64,000 nucleotides of DNA from Candidatus Bathyarchaeum sp. (GTDB lineage Archaea; Thermoproteota; Bathyarchaeia; Bathyarchaeales; Bathyarchaeaceae). Shown piece by piece: positions 1 through 10,158 of the stretch. Where the stretch lies: the NCBI GenBank assembly GCA_026014495.1, contig JAOZIF010000137.1, positions 1 to 64,000 on the forward strand, given 5' to 3'. The position numbers and the translations under genes were made by a program. Every line of letters starts with the position of its first letter. Positions within the stretch are counted from its first letter, which is position 1. The notes below the pieces were generated by a model that saw only the letters and a list, made by a program, of their open reading frames with translations, ran no database searches and was not told the origin of the DNA.

Positions 1-963
1 ATTGTTGTATCTGTAATTGTCAGGCACAAATTCCTTGACCCCCCCTGAATTGTGAACAACTGGAATACACCCCATTGCCATTGCTTCAGCTATTGATATA
101 CCAAAATGCTCGTTTACAGTTGGATGAAAATAGATTTTAGCGCTTTCAAGAATTTGTTTTATTTGTTGTTTGGAGACATTTGTTAGGACATCTACTTTGT
201 GAGGCACATCAAGAAAAGCAATACTGTCACGGATTGATTGTAGGACGCATTGATCGTGCACTACACCAATTATAACAAATTTGATGTGGTCTTCCGTGAG
301 TTTGGCAATATAGGGTATTATTTCTAATCCTTTACCAAAACCAAATCGAGAAACGGTAACAACAAGATTTTTTCGTAAAGTCCCAACAGAATTTTTATTA
401 AAAAGCGTGGATTGAATGGGAGGATACAAAACATGTATGTCTGCTTTTGAAAATTGTTGTATGCTATTAGCTGTGAAGTGGCTGTTTGCAATTATGAGTT
501 TCCCGTTAGGGTCATGATTTAGTATATTTTTTTCCATGAAAACATAGGGTAAACCAGCGACTAAAGAGGGGTGACAACTTTTGAGGTATGGAAATCTAGG
601 AGCATAAAGATATTGATTCACAAACGGAAAATGGACATAGTAGATATCAGTCCAAGGAAGAAAACAGTTTGAATATGTATCAAACAGAATGTCACATTTT
701 TTCTTGAAAGCAATTGACCGAAAGACGTTGTGATACACGTCTAAAGGCGTTCTAGGCGAAATTAATGAGGGCTTGACAATTGTTTTGACAGATGAATGTA
801 TAGGTTCTCCGAGCATTTTTTCGGTTTCTTGTTGGTCAACTTTTTTGTTAGTAAACAAGATTACTTTGTAGCCATTTTGGGCTAACGTATTAACAACAAC
901 TAATGCTACTAGTTCTGCGCCACCGTTCAGATACAAAGCGGGATGAAAAACGCCAACCTTCAA
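1..963 (-). CDS. Glycosyltransferase family 4 (ALG11-like), 3' end runs off the window
   Basis: Not in the ORF track; translated by hand from TTG at 963: LKVGVFHPALYLNGGAELVALVVVNTLAQNGYKV...EHFGISIAEAMAMGCIPVVHNSGGVKEFVPDNYRYNN. GT4 E-x7-E motif is present and the frame stays open to base 1. Confidence 0.9.
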   Translation of the reverse strand, partial: MKVGVFHPALYLNGGAELVALVVVNTLAQNGYKVILFTNKKVDQQETEKMLGEPIHSSVKTIVKPSLISPRTPLDVYHNVFRSIAFKKKCDILFDTYSNCFLPWTDIYYVHFPFVNQYLYAPRFPYLKSCHPSLVAGLPYVFMEKNILNHDPNGKLIIANSHFTANSIQQFSKADIHVLYPPIQSTLFNKNSVGTLRKNLVVTVSRFGFGKGLEIIPYIAKLTEDHIKFVIIGVVHDQCVLQSIRDSIAFLDVPHKVDVLTNVSKQQIKQILESAKIYFHPTVNEHFGISIAEAMAMGCIPVVHNSGGVKEFVPDNYRYNN

Positions 964-1064
964 ACTTTTCGCCTTTTACATAATGTACACACAAATGAAG
1001 TGTGGTAAACTTTTAACATAAATACATAAACTATGTTTCCAATAAAAACTGTTTTTCCAACAGC

Positions 1065-2438
1065 TTATGAGACGGGCAAAGATTTTTTGCCAGTTTTATA
1101 TTGTTTACGAGGAACACCTATCACCTTTGACACAAAATTTTCGTCCTTGAGTTGAACATTTTTTAGCAATTCTTTTTCTTTGTCAGAAAAATCCGGTTCG
1201 CAGACGTTAACGGATTGAGTTAACCTAGTTCCCATTTCGAGGTGACTGTCTATTATTTTGTCCAATTCTTCAACTATTTCGGGGTAATCATATGCGACAT
1301 TCAGTTTTTCTGTTGAATCTACTTGAAGATTATACAGCTCATATGTGTCCGATTTGTCGTGTCTAATGTATTTCCAGTTTTGTGTTCTACAGGAGTAATC
1401 TTGACCTATTTCTTCACTGATGACATAGTTATTTTTGTTTTTCACACCGTCAACAAGGGGAAGCAGACTTAATCCACAAAAGGTCTCAGGTTTTTCAAGT
1501 CCCAAAAGATGAATTATTGTTGGGGCAACATCTAGTAGGCTAATTTGTTGGGGAATTATTGTATCATGTTTTATGGTTGGACCACAAATGAGCAGGGGTA
1601 CATGAAGTACTTCGTCGTATAACCTTCCATGACCCCATTCACCATGTTCCATAAACTGATCACCATGATCCGAAACAAACACAAAAAACGTATTGTCTGG
1701 AGTGATGCCGAGTTTCATTAGCTTATTTAACAGGTCTCCAATTTGAGCATCCAGATATTTTAGTTCTGCATCATAGAGATCGATTACAGACTCGATTTCT
1801 TTTTGCGTCATTTGATTGGAATTACTGTACATCTTTTGCCCTAATTTTATTGCTTGAACACGACTTGAAATAGAAAGCTTTCTAGGCAGATAAGGAAGAT
1901 GAGCATCCATATAATGTAACCATAAAAAGAAACCATCTCTTTGGTTGCTACACCAAGAAATCGCTTTTTTATTGATTTCGTTTGCTCTGACAAATTTGCG
2001 GCCTAGCAAATAACGCAATTTAGTACATGCTTTGTCGACGCGAGTATCACCAAAATGAATGACCTCATCAAAAACATCAAAACCTCTATTGTATCCAAAA
2101 ATTGAACAAAGGTCATCTTTAAAATTTTTAAAAGCAGCCGTGGAGAAGCCCTCATTTTTTAGCACCTCAGCAACCGACAACCATTTCCTAGAGAGCTTAA
2201 TCCAAAATGCATTGTAAATGTCACTGGATATATTCATGGACGCATAAGTGGACGTCATTATTGTAGGAAAAGAAGTTGCAGAACCGCCGCCATTTGAAAA
2301 TGCTTGTGAGAATAAAACCCCCTTTTTGGCCAAGGCATCTATGTTTGGGGTCGTTGGTTTACTGTAGCCTAGACACCCTAAATGACTTGCTCTCAGAGAA
2401 TCAACGGTTATCAAAATTACGTTTTGGCGCCTATTCAT
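1065..2438 (-). CDS. Sulfatase-like protein (alkaline phosphatase superfamily)
   Basis: NVILITVDSLRASHLGCLGY, WLHYMDAHLPY, VSDHGDQFMEHGEWGH, ELYNLQVDSTEKLN motifs. ATG at 2438 preferred over the ORF-track TTG at 2483. Confidence 0.85.
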   Translation of the reverse strand: MNRRQNVILITVDSLRASHLGCLGYSKPTTPNIDALAKKGVLFSQAFSNGGGSATSFPTIMTSTYASMNISSDIYNAFWIKLSRKWLSVAEVLKNEGFSTAAFKNFKDDLCSIFGYNRGFDVFDEVIHFGDTRVDKACTKLRYLLGRKFVRANEINKKAISWCSNQRDGFFLWLHYMDAHLPYLPRKLSISSRVQAIKLGQKMYSNSNQMTQKEIESVIDLYDAELKYLDAQIGDLLNKLMKLGITPDNTFFVFVSDHGDQFMEHGEWGHGRLYDEVLHVPLLICGPTIKHDTIIPQQISLLDVAPTIIHLLGLEKPETFCGLSLLPLVDGVKNKNNYVISEEIGQDYSCRTQNWKYIRHDKSDTYELYNLQVDSTEKLNVAYDYPEIVEELDKIIDSHLEMGTRLTQSVNVCEPDFSDKEKELLKNVQLKDENFVSKVIGVPRKQYKTGKKSLPVS

Positions 2439-2525
2439 TGGGAGTCCCTGTCCTACAAACACACCTTTTTTGAAAGCATTCAATGTTTCGATAACTAAAA
2501 AACAATAATCTGAGTAAACAAGATT

Positions 2526-3056
2526 CTATGCAGCTGCAACAATATGAATGACAATACTGAAACTATTCACATTGCTGTTGATTAAATAGTAAACTAATGA
2601 ACTGTCTGCAGAAGTAGATAAAAACAAAGTTACTTGAATTACCTGTCCAGGGTCGAGTTGAATTTCATTATAGTCCCAAGATAAAGTCATATACTCTGAG
2701 AGTTCTAACGGTTCAAAATTTGATATTAGCAGGTCAAGAGTTGTTTTGACGTTACTGAAACTTTTTATGTACAAGATAAAGCTATTTGATGAGCCAGGAC
2801 ATATTGTGCCCCAATTAATTGCTTCTGTTTTATTTTCACACTCTGGATCCCAGTAAGCTTCGACACCAACGGTTGTTATTGTTCCAAGACTTGAAATTGA
2901 CAAATTTGAGAGATTGTTTAACAATGCAGAAAATGCACTAGTTAGAAGAATTGATAATATAGTAACAGTTAGTATCATCAATATTGTTTTCTTTGAAGAC
3001 CGCAAAAAAGCGATAAAAGAATGTAATATTTGTCTCATGTTTCCCATCAGTAACAT
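2526..3056 (-). CDS. Secreted or membrane-anchored hypothetical protein, beta-rich (Ig/TasA-like?)
   Basis: N-terminal hydrophobic segment ending AFSA, then SISSLGTI and INWGTICPGSSNSFILYIKS; co-oriented with the cluster. Confidence 0.7.
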   Translation of the reverse strand: MLLMGNMRQILHSFIAFLRSSKKTILMILTVTILSILLTSAFSALLNNLSNLSISSLGTITTVGVEAYWDPECENKTEAINWGTICPGSSNSFILYIKSFSNVKTTLDLLISNFEPLELSEYMTLSWDYNEIQLDPGQVIQVTLFLSTSADSSLVYYLINSNVNSFSIVIHIVAAA

Positions 3057-3172
3057 GTTTAATTGACTGAACTAACATGTCAAGAGTATGCTAAGCTGTT
3101 ATACTTACTCTTTTCTTTGTTTTTATGTTTAATGCAAAATGAAAAACTTCAAGATTTACCATTATTAGTTGT

Positions 3173-4159
3173 TCACTCAAAATCTTGCATTATCTTACGG
3201 TACCATTTTCCGTGATTGTCTTTCACAATAAAACATTTTGACTTATCAAATGTGCTTTTTATTGTCTGTTCCATAGACGATATAAGGTCACCCAAGTACA
3301 CCTTATTGTTTGTGTGAGTTAAGTAGCCACACAACTGAATGTTCTTTGACCACAGCCACCACCAATAAAAAAGGTTAAGCGATAAATACTGATTAAGTAC
3401 ATATTCGCTTTTAGTTTCTTCAATTGCATCCCCGTTTTGTTCAAGCCAATAAATCCTTTCTATTTTGGCACAGTTTTTTATATTTACGTCGCAAGGTAAT
3501 CTATCAGTGTCAACAAATGATTCAGAAATGAAACAAAAAAATGGAAACCGTCGCAGGTTATTGCGTAGATAAAAGATGAACTGCTCTTTGGTACTTAAAG
3601 ATATGTTAAATGTCTCTAAATGTTTTGGGCGCATCTTAAAAGCAATAGGGTATGAATATGCAACATTGGCATTACTCAGAATGATTTCGTCATTTCCAAG
3701 ATAGTTAAAATCGTGTTGTGTTAAAAGATGAAGTGATGTTAGTGTTTTACCCACACCTGATGGACCAATTATAAGAACACCTTTTCCATCTTTTTCGAGA
3801 CAATCACCATAAACCAATGCGTGGTTCTTCATGAGAAGCTTCCAAGAAACAACAGTGTTAATCATATTGTTTATTGTTTTTTTTCGCACAAAACCTCGTG
3901 GACCAGAATATGCTATCTTAGTTTTGCCAAAGATGTCTGAGATTTGAGACGTGAATCTCAACAAACTCGAACCACTTTCAAAGCAGTAAACGTTGTCACT
4001 GGCTCCAAAAAAGTTTGGATTAAAACGACCAGCATTTACAGTTAAATCAACGTTTTCGATATTGTCTACTTTAAAAACTTTTGGCAGACCAAAATCGATG
4101 TTACTTTCAATCTTTACCAGATTATGAATGTTATATTTAAGCATTGTTTCACCAAACAA
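3173..4159 (-). CDS. HPr kinase-related P-loop kinase
   Basis: LVYGDCLEKDGKGVLIIGPSGVGKTLTS (Walker A in HprK context) followed by YLGNDEIIL. Confidence 0.7.
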   Translation of the reverse strand: MFGETMLKYNIHNLVKIESNIDFGLPKVFKVDNIENVDLTVNAGRFNPNFFGASDNVYCFESGSSLLRFTSQISDIFGKTKIAYSGPRGFVRKKTINNMINTVVSWKLLMKNHALVYGDCLEKDGKGVLIIGPSGVGKTLTSLHLLTQHDFNYLGNDEIILSNANVAYSYPIAFKMRPKHLETFNISLSTKEQFIFYLRNNLRRFPFFCFISESFVDTDRLPCDVNIKNCAKIERIYWLEQNGDAIEETKSEYVLNQYLSLNLFYWWWLWSKNIQLCGYLTHTNNKVYLGDLISSMEQTIKSTFDKSKCFIVKDNHGKWYRKIMQDFE

Positions 4160-4473
4160 ACATTTTGATTACAGACACACCGGAGTTAATCACACAGGAA
4201 CAACAAATCGGCTCAAAACCCAAAAGGCAACGATTCCGAACAATCATATCAATAGGACAACAAACGCCAACCAGACAAAAGAGTCATACAAAAACATTAC
4301 AAAAATACAACACAAATGAACACGAAGGCATTGGCTCCTAGCTCAACACATTGTTCCGAACACAGCGTATATAATATATCAAGACATAATATTTATTAGA
4401 TGTTATGTCTTAATAACCATGTGATTACATTAGTCAAACAGGAACTATCCCCACAGCACACAATCACCGATGG

Positions 4474-5670
4474 ATGCAATCGACAATGAAAATGAAAAAC
4501 AGTGCAATAATGGTATTCCTTGCAATAGCTTATGTACTGTTCACTTTACATCCTGTAATGTCTGCACTTACAAGTAGTACAACTATATCTTCAATTGGCT
4601 CGATAGCAGTAGCCCAAATAGAACCATTACACATAGAGGGCAATCAAATTCTTACTGAAAACGGCACCGTAGTAAAGTTACGAGGTGTCAACTACACATA
4701 TTTTATTGACAGCCCTTATGGCAGCTGGATGCTCCCAGACAGTCAAATCGCGTGGTTAACTTGGGATACAGATGCAATAGCACAAAATCTTGATGCCATA
4801 AAAAGTTGGGGATGTAATTGTATCCGCGTAATTGGCACCATTGAATTATGGGTTGAAAACACAGGCAATTACAGGAGCAACTTGAAATACTTTTTCGTTC
4901 AAGCGGCCGCACGAGGAATCTACGTTGATTTCTGCTTTTATTTAAACAACGCCACAGGGAGTTTTCCTTATGGAATGTTTCCATGGGAAGATGTAGGTAA
5001 CGGGTATATAAACACACCACAGGACCTTGTGGACGTATGGAGTAGTGTTGCAAGCGAGTTGAAAGATTACCAAAATGTGCTATTTGAGTTCTGGAATGAA
5101 CCTATTGGTGATGTAGCAATTTGGATGGATTTTTCGCAACAATGTATTAACGCAGTACGTTCTACGGGTGCTGAAAACTTAATAATAATACAGTATAGCG
5201 ACGCAGTTGGAGTGGACTTTTACGATTACCCGAAAGTTCCATCAAACACCGTAAGTATGAGTTGGGTTTACGAATACCAATTGTCTGATCCGCTAGGCAA
5301 TCTTGTTTACAGCACACACTTATACAGAACATCATTTAGAAATTCTTTCGAAGGATATACTCGTCCATACTTATACTCTGATGTGTTTTGGGCTTTAAAC
5401 GCAACTGAGGTAATATCTGTCGCAAGCGAGTATCCAGTTTGGATTGGTGAAATTGGTTGCAGTTTATGGGAAAGCGAATTGGATGAAGAATATGAATGGT
5501 ATGACAATACATTGACTGTTTTAGATCAGTACAACATTGGTTACTGTGCATGGGCTTGGGCTCCTTGGCGATCTCCTGGTACTCAATGGGGACTTGTGGA
5601 CGTAACACAAACTAATTACACGCCAAATCAAGCAGGTCAATTATTCCAACAACATTTAAGTAATCAATGA
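4474..5670 (+). CDS. Secreted glycoside hydrolase family 5 (cellulase superfamily)
   Basis: Signal peptide; LHIEGNQILTENGTVVKLRGVN; acid/base EFWNEP; YSTHLY; nucleophile VWIGEIG; WAWAPW. Confidence 0.9.
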   Translation: MQSTMKMKNSAIMVFLAIAYVLFTLHPVMSALTSSTTISSIGSIAVAQIEPLHIEGNQILTENGTVVKLRGVNYTYFIDSPYGSWMLPDSQIAWLTWDTDAIAQNLDAIKSWGCNCIRVIGTIELWVENTGNYRSNLKYFFVQAAARGIYVDFCFYLNNATGSFPYGMFPWEDVGNGYINTPQDLVDVWSSVASELKDYQNVLFEFWNEPIGDVAIWMDFSQQCINAVRSTGAENLIIIQYSDAVGVDFYDYPKVPSNTVSMSWVYEYQLSDPLGNLVYSTHLYRTSFRNSFEGYTRPYLYSDVFWALNATEVISVASEYPVWIGEIGCSLWESELDEEYEWYDNTLTVLDQYNIGYCAWAWAPWRSPGTQWGLVDVTQTNYTPNQAGQLFQQHLSNQ

Positions 5671-5805
5671 ATAAAAAGTGTGTTTAACGGCGTATTCATT
5701 ATAACTTGATAGTAAAACAAAAAAATTAATTTCAGTTTCAGTATTCGGTTGGGTACTTAGTAAATAAGTTCAAAAGGACAGACTATACCTAATGAGTTTC
5801 TGACA

Positions 5806-7938
5806 TTAAGGATTATTTCTATACATCTCACTGTACCCGTTGTCATATACTTTACTCAGATCAGTCAAATTGAAAAACACAAATTGTGTAAGATTGGAGC
5901 TACCACCCCATGAGTAGATTGTCTGCGTTTCTGTGTTTAATGCGCCCAAATAGATTATGGCGTTGGGATTCAATAATGTAGTGTTTCTTAAAGAAGTAAC
6001 GTAGCCATTGTAAATCAGTCCATAGCTCCATAAGACACCGTGGCTGACATCATCATCTGCGCATATTAAGAATTTTTCCTGATCGACATAACGCGAAAGC
6101 CACTCCGCTCCGGCGATGCTACCTGAATCAACATATCCATATTCATCGTAAAGCTGTGAAACACTCAACCTATTTTTACTAAGAGATATTGAATAACTGC
6201 CGCTTGCAGTCACTTCATACATAAATCCAGTTTGGAACATAAAATAAGGTATCACAATCATTAGAACTAGCATTAAAGTGATTAACTGTTTCTTTCGTTT
6301 ATAAACCAATTTTGCGAGAAACACTGCACCGAGAACAAACAATGGAGCCAAAAAGAATAAGGTAACATGATAGAATCGAGTGATGTTCATTGTACTGGAT
6401 AATCCAGGCACCACTACCAAAGCACCCAAGAAGAGAATGGCTATGAAAATGAATCTAAAAGAATCTCCTCTAAATGGATTTTTCAATTTTCTAGTTAATA
6501 AACCAATAAAGCCTAGAATAATCAAAAATTCGGTTGCATACGCGAACATCCTACTGATAGTGTTCCAAATAGTTGGAGAAACACTCAAACCGAGACCCAT
6601 TAAAACTGTTTCGTCTCTAGCCCCAAGATCAAATAAATCGCTTGCTCGTGCTAAAACATATTCACCAAAAGATGAAATACTATCAAGGACAGCTGAATTT
6701 GACGTAAAAACATACCAAGAGAACACTATCACTGCAAAAAGGGTAATCTCAAGCAATGTTAAACTTTTATTCACACGCTTGGTGAAATAAGAAATAATGA
6801 AAGCACCACAGATAAACCCTAAAAAGATCAATGAGAGCCCATAATGGGAGGTAACTAACCCGATACTGAAGATTGTGAATAATACTGTTTTAGAGAATTG
6901 TTTCAATTTTTTGGTGGAAACAACCCACAACAGTAAAGCAAAAAAAAGTTCGGCGACAATTTGCCTATTTAGACCAAGCATTTCTGTATGGAATGTAATT
7001 TCTGCTACAAACAAAAAGGTAGCAATCAAAGCATATTTTCTTCCGATAAACTGTTGCCAAACTTGGAACATACACAAAGCAACAAATGCAAAAATAATTG
7101 GATAAATAGTTTTAAACAGAAGCGTAGCATCAAGGTTTAATATATTAGCATAGAATGTCGGAAGAATTGTTATACTAAGCATTGAATCAAATCTGCCAAC
7201 CAAAATATCTCCATAAGGATTTGCTTCCCAATATTGATTATTAAATGCTGTCTTAAAAACAAAGAACTCAAGATGACTATCGGATCCATAGCTGATTAAA
7301 TTTGAGGAGATAAAAGTTGAGCTAACAAGAAGAGAAAGTGCAATCACAAACACCAGAATAGCATAATATTTTGACGAAATAGGTTCTTTTGTTACCACGG
7401 CAATAATCAAAATTAAAGGAATTAAGACCAACATAAAGAGTAACAGCAAATTGTTACCATAAACATTCATATAAAAAGTGCCGATAGCACTTAAAACTAT
7501 CAGAACAAACGGGATTACCATCAAAAAATCGCGTTTGGAAAGTTCAAAGGAAACAAAACTCACATTATCTTTTTTTAAGTATATTAAGATGGACCCGAAC
7601 AGCGTGAAACCAATTAGGCAAACAAACAAAGGCACAAACTGAAGGGGTTGAGAAATCCCAAACAGAGGAAATAACTCATTTATTAACAAACCAGAAAGTG
7701 ATAGAAAAGCGATACTCAATCCGACAGAAACGAGAAGCAATTCTAACTTAGTCAAATGCAACATGCCTAACAATTGGACGACTATCAAACCCGGAATTAT
7801 TGTAAGGAAAACAAATCCCATCACTTGTCGTGCTACAGGAATGTCAAAACATACTGACACACAAAACATTAACACTGAAAACAGCATCAAACTGAAAAAT
7901 AACTTAGGTTTTTTTTGTAATTCTGAATTATATTCCAA
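5806..7938 (-). CDS. DUF2206-family multi-pass membrane protein (putative GT-C type transferase or polymerase)
   Basis: 710 aa, many TM segments; GFVFLTIIPG, SIGLSIA-like and YGSDSHLEF motifs, VTSHYG, TRFYH; typical of archaeal glycosylation loci. Confidence 0.75.
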   Translation of the reverse strand: MEYNSELQKKPKLFFSLMLFSVLMFCVSVCFDIPVARQVMGFVFLTIIPGLIVVQLLGMLHLTKLELLLVSVGLSIAFLSLSGLLINELFPLFGISQPLQFVPLFVCLIGFTLFGSILIYLKKDNVSFVSFELSKRDFLMVIPFVLIVLSAIGTFYMNVYGNNLLLLFMLVLIPLILIIAVVTKEPISSKYYAILVFVIALSLLVSSTFISSNLISYGSDSHLEFFVFKTAFNNQYWEANPYGDILVGRFDSMLSITILPTFYANILNLDATLLFKTIYPIIFAFVALCMFQVWQQFIGRKYALIATFLFVAEITFHTEMLGLNRQIVAELFFALLLWVVSTKKLKQFSKTVLFTIFSIGLVTSHYGLSLIFLGFICGAFIISYFTKRVNKSLTLLEITLFAVIVFSWYVFTSNSAVLDSISSFGEYVLARASDLFDLGARDETVLMGLGLSVSPTIWNTISRMFAYATEFLIILGFIGLLTRKLKNPFRGDSFRFIFIAILFLGALVVVPGLSSTMNITRFYHVTLFFLAPLFVLGAVFLAKLVYKRKKQLITLMLVLMIVIPYFMFQTGFMYEVTASGSYSISLSKNRLSVSQLYDEYGYVDSGSIAGAEWLSRYVDQEKFLICADDDVSHGVLWSYGLIYNGYVTSLRNTTLLNPNAIIYLGALNTETQTIYSWGGSSNLTQFVFFNLTDLSKVYDNGYSEMYRNNP

Positions 7939-8230
7939 ATTTTAATCCTCCAACAGATTGTAATTAACTAAACAAACGGTAGTTTTTAATGTCAACATAG
8001 AAAAACGATGGCATAAAAACAGCTTAATCGTTCAATGCACAAATTGCAAAACAGCTAATTGTTTTAATTATTAATAAAACATTGAAGTTGTAAGTCCCAA
8101 CTTTCTGTCAAGTTTTGGTATATTAAGAAAAACTTTGATCAGATGGTTCGGTGCTGACAGATAAAATTTATCTCGCTTTGACTTGTTGACTGTATGAAGT
8201 ACACTACTTGATTTGTAAGAGTTCAGAAAA

Positions 8231-9280
8231 TTATTCGTTGATATTACTTTTGAACAGTTTTCTGATGAACTTTGACGCATCCCAATAGAATAAAGGATAC
8301 TTGCAGCTATAAGGAGGAGATGGCCCAAACTCTAAACGTCTTTTTAGGGTATGACTTAAATTCAAAATGTTCCACCAATAAGCCTTCAGAAGCGTTTTTT
8401 TCCAGTGAGCATCAACAACTAATATCAAGATTAAATCAAGCAAGAAAGTTGAAAGCATTCGTGCAAACGCAAAATGGATAATTGCAAACCTAATCCTTGA
8501 ACGCTCGCCAGAATATTCCCGTTGCTTTGTGATTAATGCGTTATTGATAGTGCTAGTCGTCTTATGCCAGAGCTTAGCTTTAGGAACATAAACTACACGA
8601 TAACCAGTTTTTCTGGCTTTATAGCAAAGGTCTGTATCTTCGTAGAATATTACGTAATCTGCATCAAAAAGACCAATCTTTTGCAGGACATCTCTACGGA
8701 TAACTGCTGCTCCACCAATCCAATCCATATCTTCAGACGTTTCGTATTGTCCAATATCTTTTTCATATCGAGCTGGAGTACTTGGACGACCGTCTATACA
8801 GAGATTACCACCTAACCCATCAATAATATTTGATGTTCCATAGACATACCGTTTACATCCTGCAACGCCAATTGTATTATCCTTTTCCATCTCTTCGATT
8901 ATTGCACGAAGCCACATGGAATGATATTTCATGTCGTTGCTCAACAATGCAATATAATCACCTTTAGAAAATTTCATGCCTTTGTTGTATCCAGTAGCTA
9001 TAATGTTTTCATCATTATGAATAATCTTAAATCCTTTCAGATTTTTGTTAGGTTTTAACCCTTCAAAGAATTGTTGAGCGACAACATCACTCCCATCAAT
9101 AGACCCGTTGTCTACAAAAATCACTTCAAAGTTGGGATAATCTGTTGCCATTATAGATTCCAAACAATCTTTGAACAAAGCCCCTAAATAACGAAGCCCA
9201 TTATAGTTCAGCAAGACTATGGAAACCAAGGGATATTGACCCTGATTACACTTGAAGTGAAGTGATTCATTTTTAGTCAT
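8231..9280 (-). CDS. Glycosyltransferase family 2
   Basis: VSIVLLNYNG, FVDNGSIDGS, ALLSND, GLFDADYVIFYEDTDLCYKARKTGYRVVYVP. Confidence 0.92.
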   Translation of the reverse strand: MTKNESLHFKCNQGQYPLVSIVLLNYNGLRYLGALFKDCLESIMATDYPNFEVIFVDNGSIDGSDVVAQQFFEGLKPNKNLKGFKIIHNDENIIATGYNKGMKFSKGDYIALLSNDMKYHSMWLRAIIEEMEKDNTIGVAGCKRYVYGTSNIIDGLGGNLCIDGRPSTPARYEKDIGQYETSEDMDWIGGAAVIRRDVLQKIGLFDADYVIFYEDTDLCYKARKTGYRVVYVPKAKLWHKTTSTINNALITKQREYSGERSRIRFAIIHFAFARMLSTFLLDLILILVVDAHWKKTLLKAYWWNILNLSHTLKRRLEFGPSPPYSCKYPLFYWDASKFIRKLFKSNINE

Positions 9281-9374
9281 TTTTCCAACACCCCAAAAGG
9301 GTTAGTTTAACAATGAATGTGTCACAGTTTCTCAAAAAATTGTCACATAAGTTGTATTCATTCTAAAGAACAAC

Positions 9375-10058
9375 CTACGGACGCTTTGCAAGATGCATTA
9401 TCCATGATGGAGGCCATAGTGGCGTCTTGATTTTGTGGTAAACAGGCATTATTTCAATTACAGAAAAAAAAGGAGTTACTATTTGGAGAAACTTTTTTTT
9501 GGACAGCTTAAAGTTGGTGTAATAGTGACCAAAGGTTCGATTGTTTATTTTTTCTTTGATAGAATCAGGTAATAAAAATATAAGTGGGAATTTCGTGTGA
9601 ACTTCAATGAAATATTCGGGGTTTGGTATCTGAACTATTAAAGAACCTTTTGTCTTAATTACTCTTTGGAATTCGTTTAGCGCTAATTCAGGAGTTCGAA
9701 GATGTTCAAGGACAGATATTGCAAGAATCGTGTCAACTGCGCTCTCTTTGATAGGCAGGTTTTGAGCATCACAAACCAGTCTATTTATGCCATCAATTTT
9801 TGGGATATAACCCAGCATTTCCCTGCTAAAATCAATAGAAAGAGTTTGTGCACCATTTTTGGCGCATTCGACACTAAACTGTCCCACGTTACAGCCTACA
9901 TCTAAAACTATGGAATTCTTCTTTACGTGTTTGATGATGTATTGAGAGTACTTTAAATTTCTCTCATCTACGGCACCAGTTTTTTTTGCTATATTCTCTA
10001 AAGAATTAAAGACAATATTACCTAGTTTGAATGTATCACTTTTTGTGTTATCGCTCAT
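9375..10058 (-). CDS. Class I SAM-dependent methyltransferase
   Basis: VLDVGCNVG motif I, CDAQNLPIKESAVDTI, VLEHL...EFQRVIKTKG. Confidence 0.9.
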   Translation of the reverse strand: MSDNTKSDTFKLGNIVFNSLENIAKKTGAVDERNLKYSQYIIKHVKKNSIVLDVGCNVGQFSVECAKNGAQTLSIDFSREMLGYIPKIDGINRLVCDAQNLPIKESAVDTILAISVLEHLRTPELALNEFQRVIKTKGSLIVQIPNPEYFIEVHTKFPLIFLLPDSIKEKINNRTFGHYYTNFKLSKKKFLQIVTPFFSVIEIMPVYHKIKTPLWPPSWIMHLAKRP

Positions 10059-10158
10059 TATTGTTCACCGTATTTCTCAAAAAATCAACGCGGTATACTC
10101 GTTTCTTAGTTAACTTTGTTCTGATGGCAACAATGCTTCAAGGGTTTTGTTTTTAATT

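Noticed and set aside
39-45. Possible frameshift at the C7 run in the first GT4
   Set aside because: With seven G on the minus strand the frame reads HNSGGVKEFVP and stays in phase with the 963 start.
4128-4341. Two short plus-strand ORFs (63 and 65 aa) and the A/C-rich skew between the kinase and GH5
   Set aside because: Low-complexity translations with no RBS or motif; best read as divergent promoter/UTR sequence.
8071-8328. 85-aa minus-strand ORF overlapping the GT2 3' end
   Set aside because: Alternative frame of a real gene plus intergenic DNA; no recognisable features.
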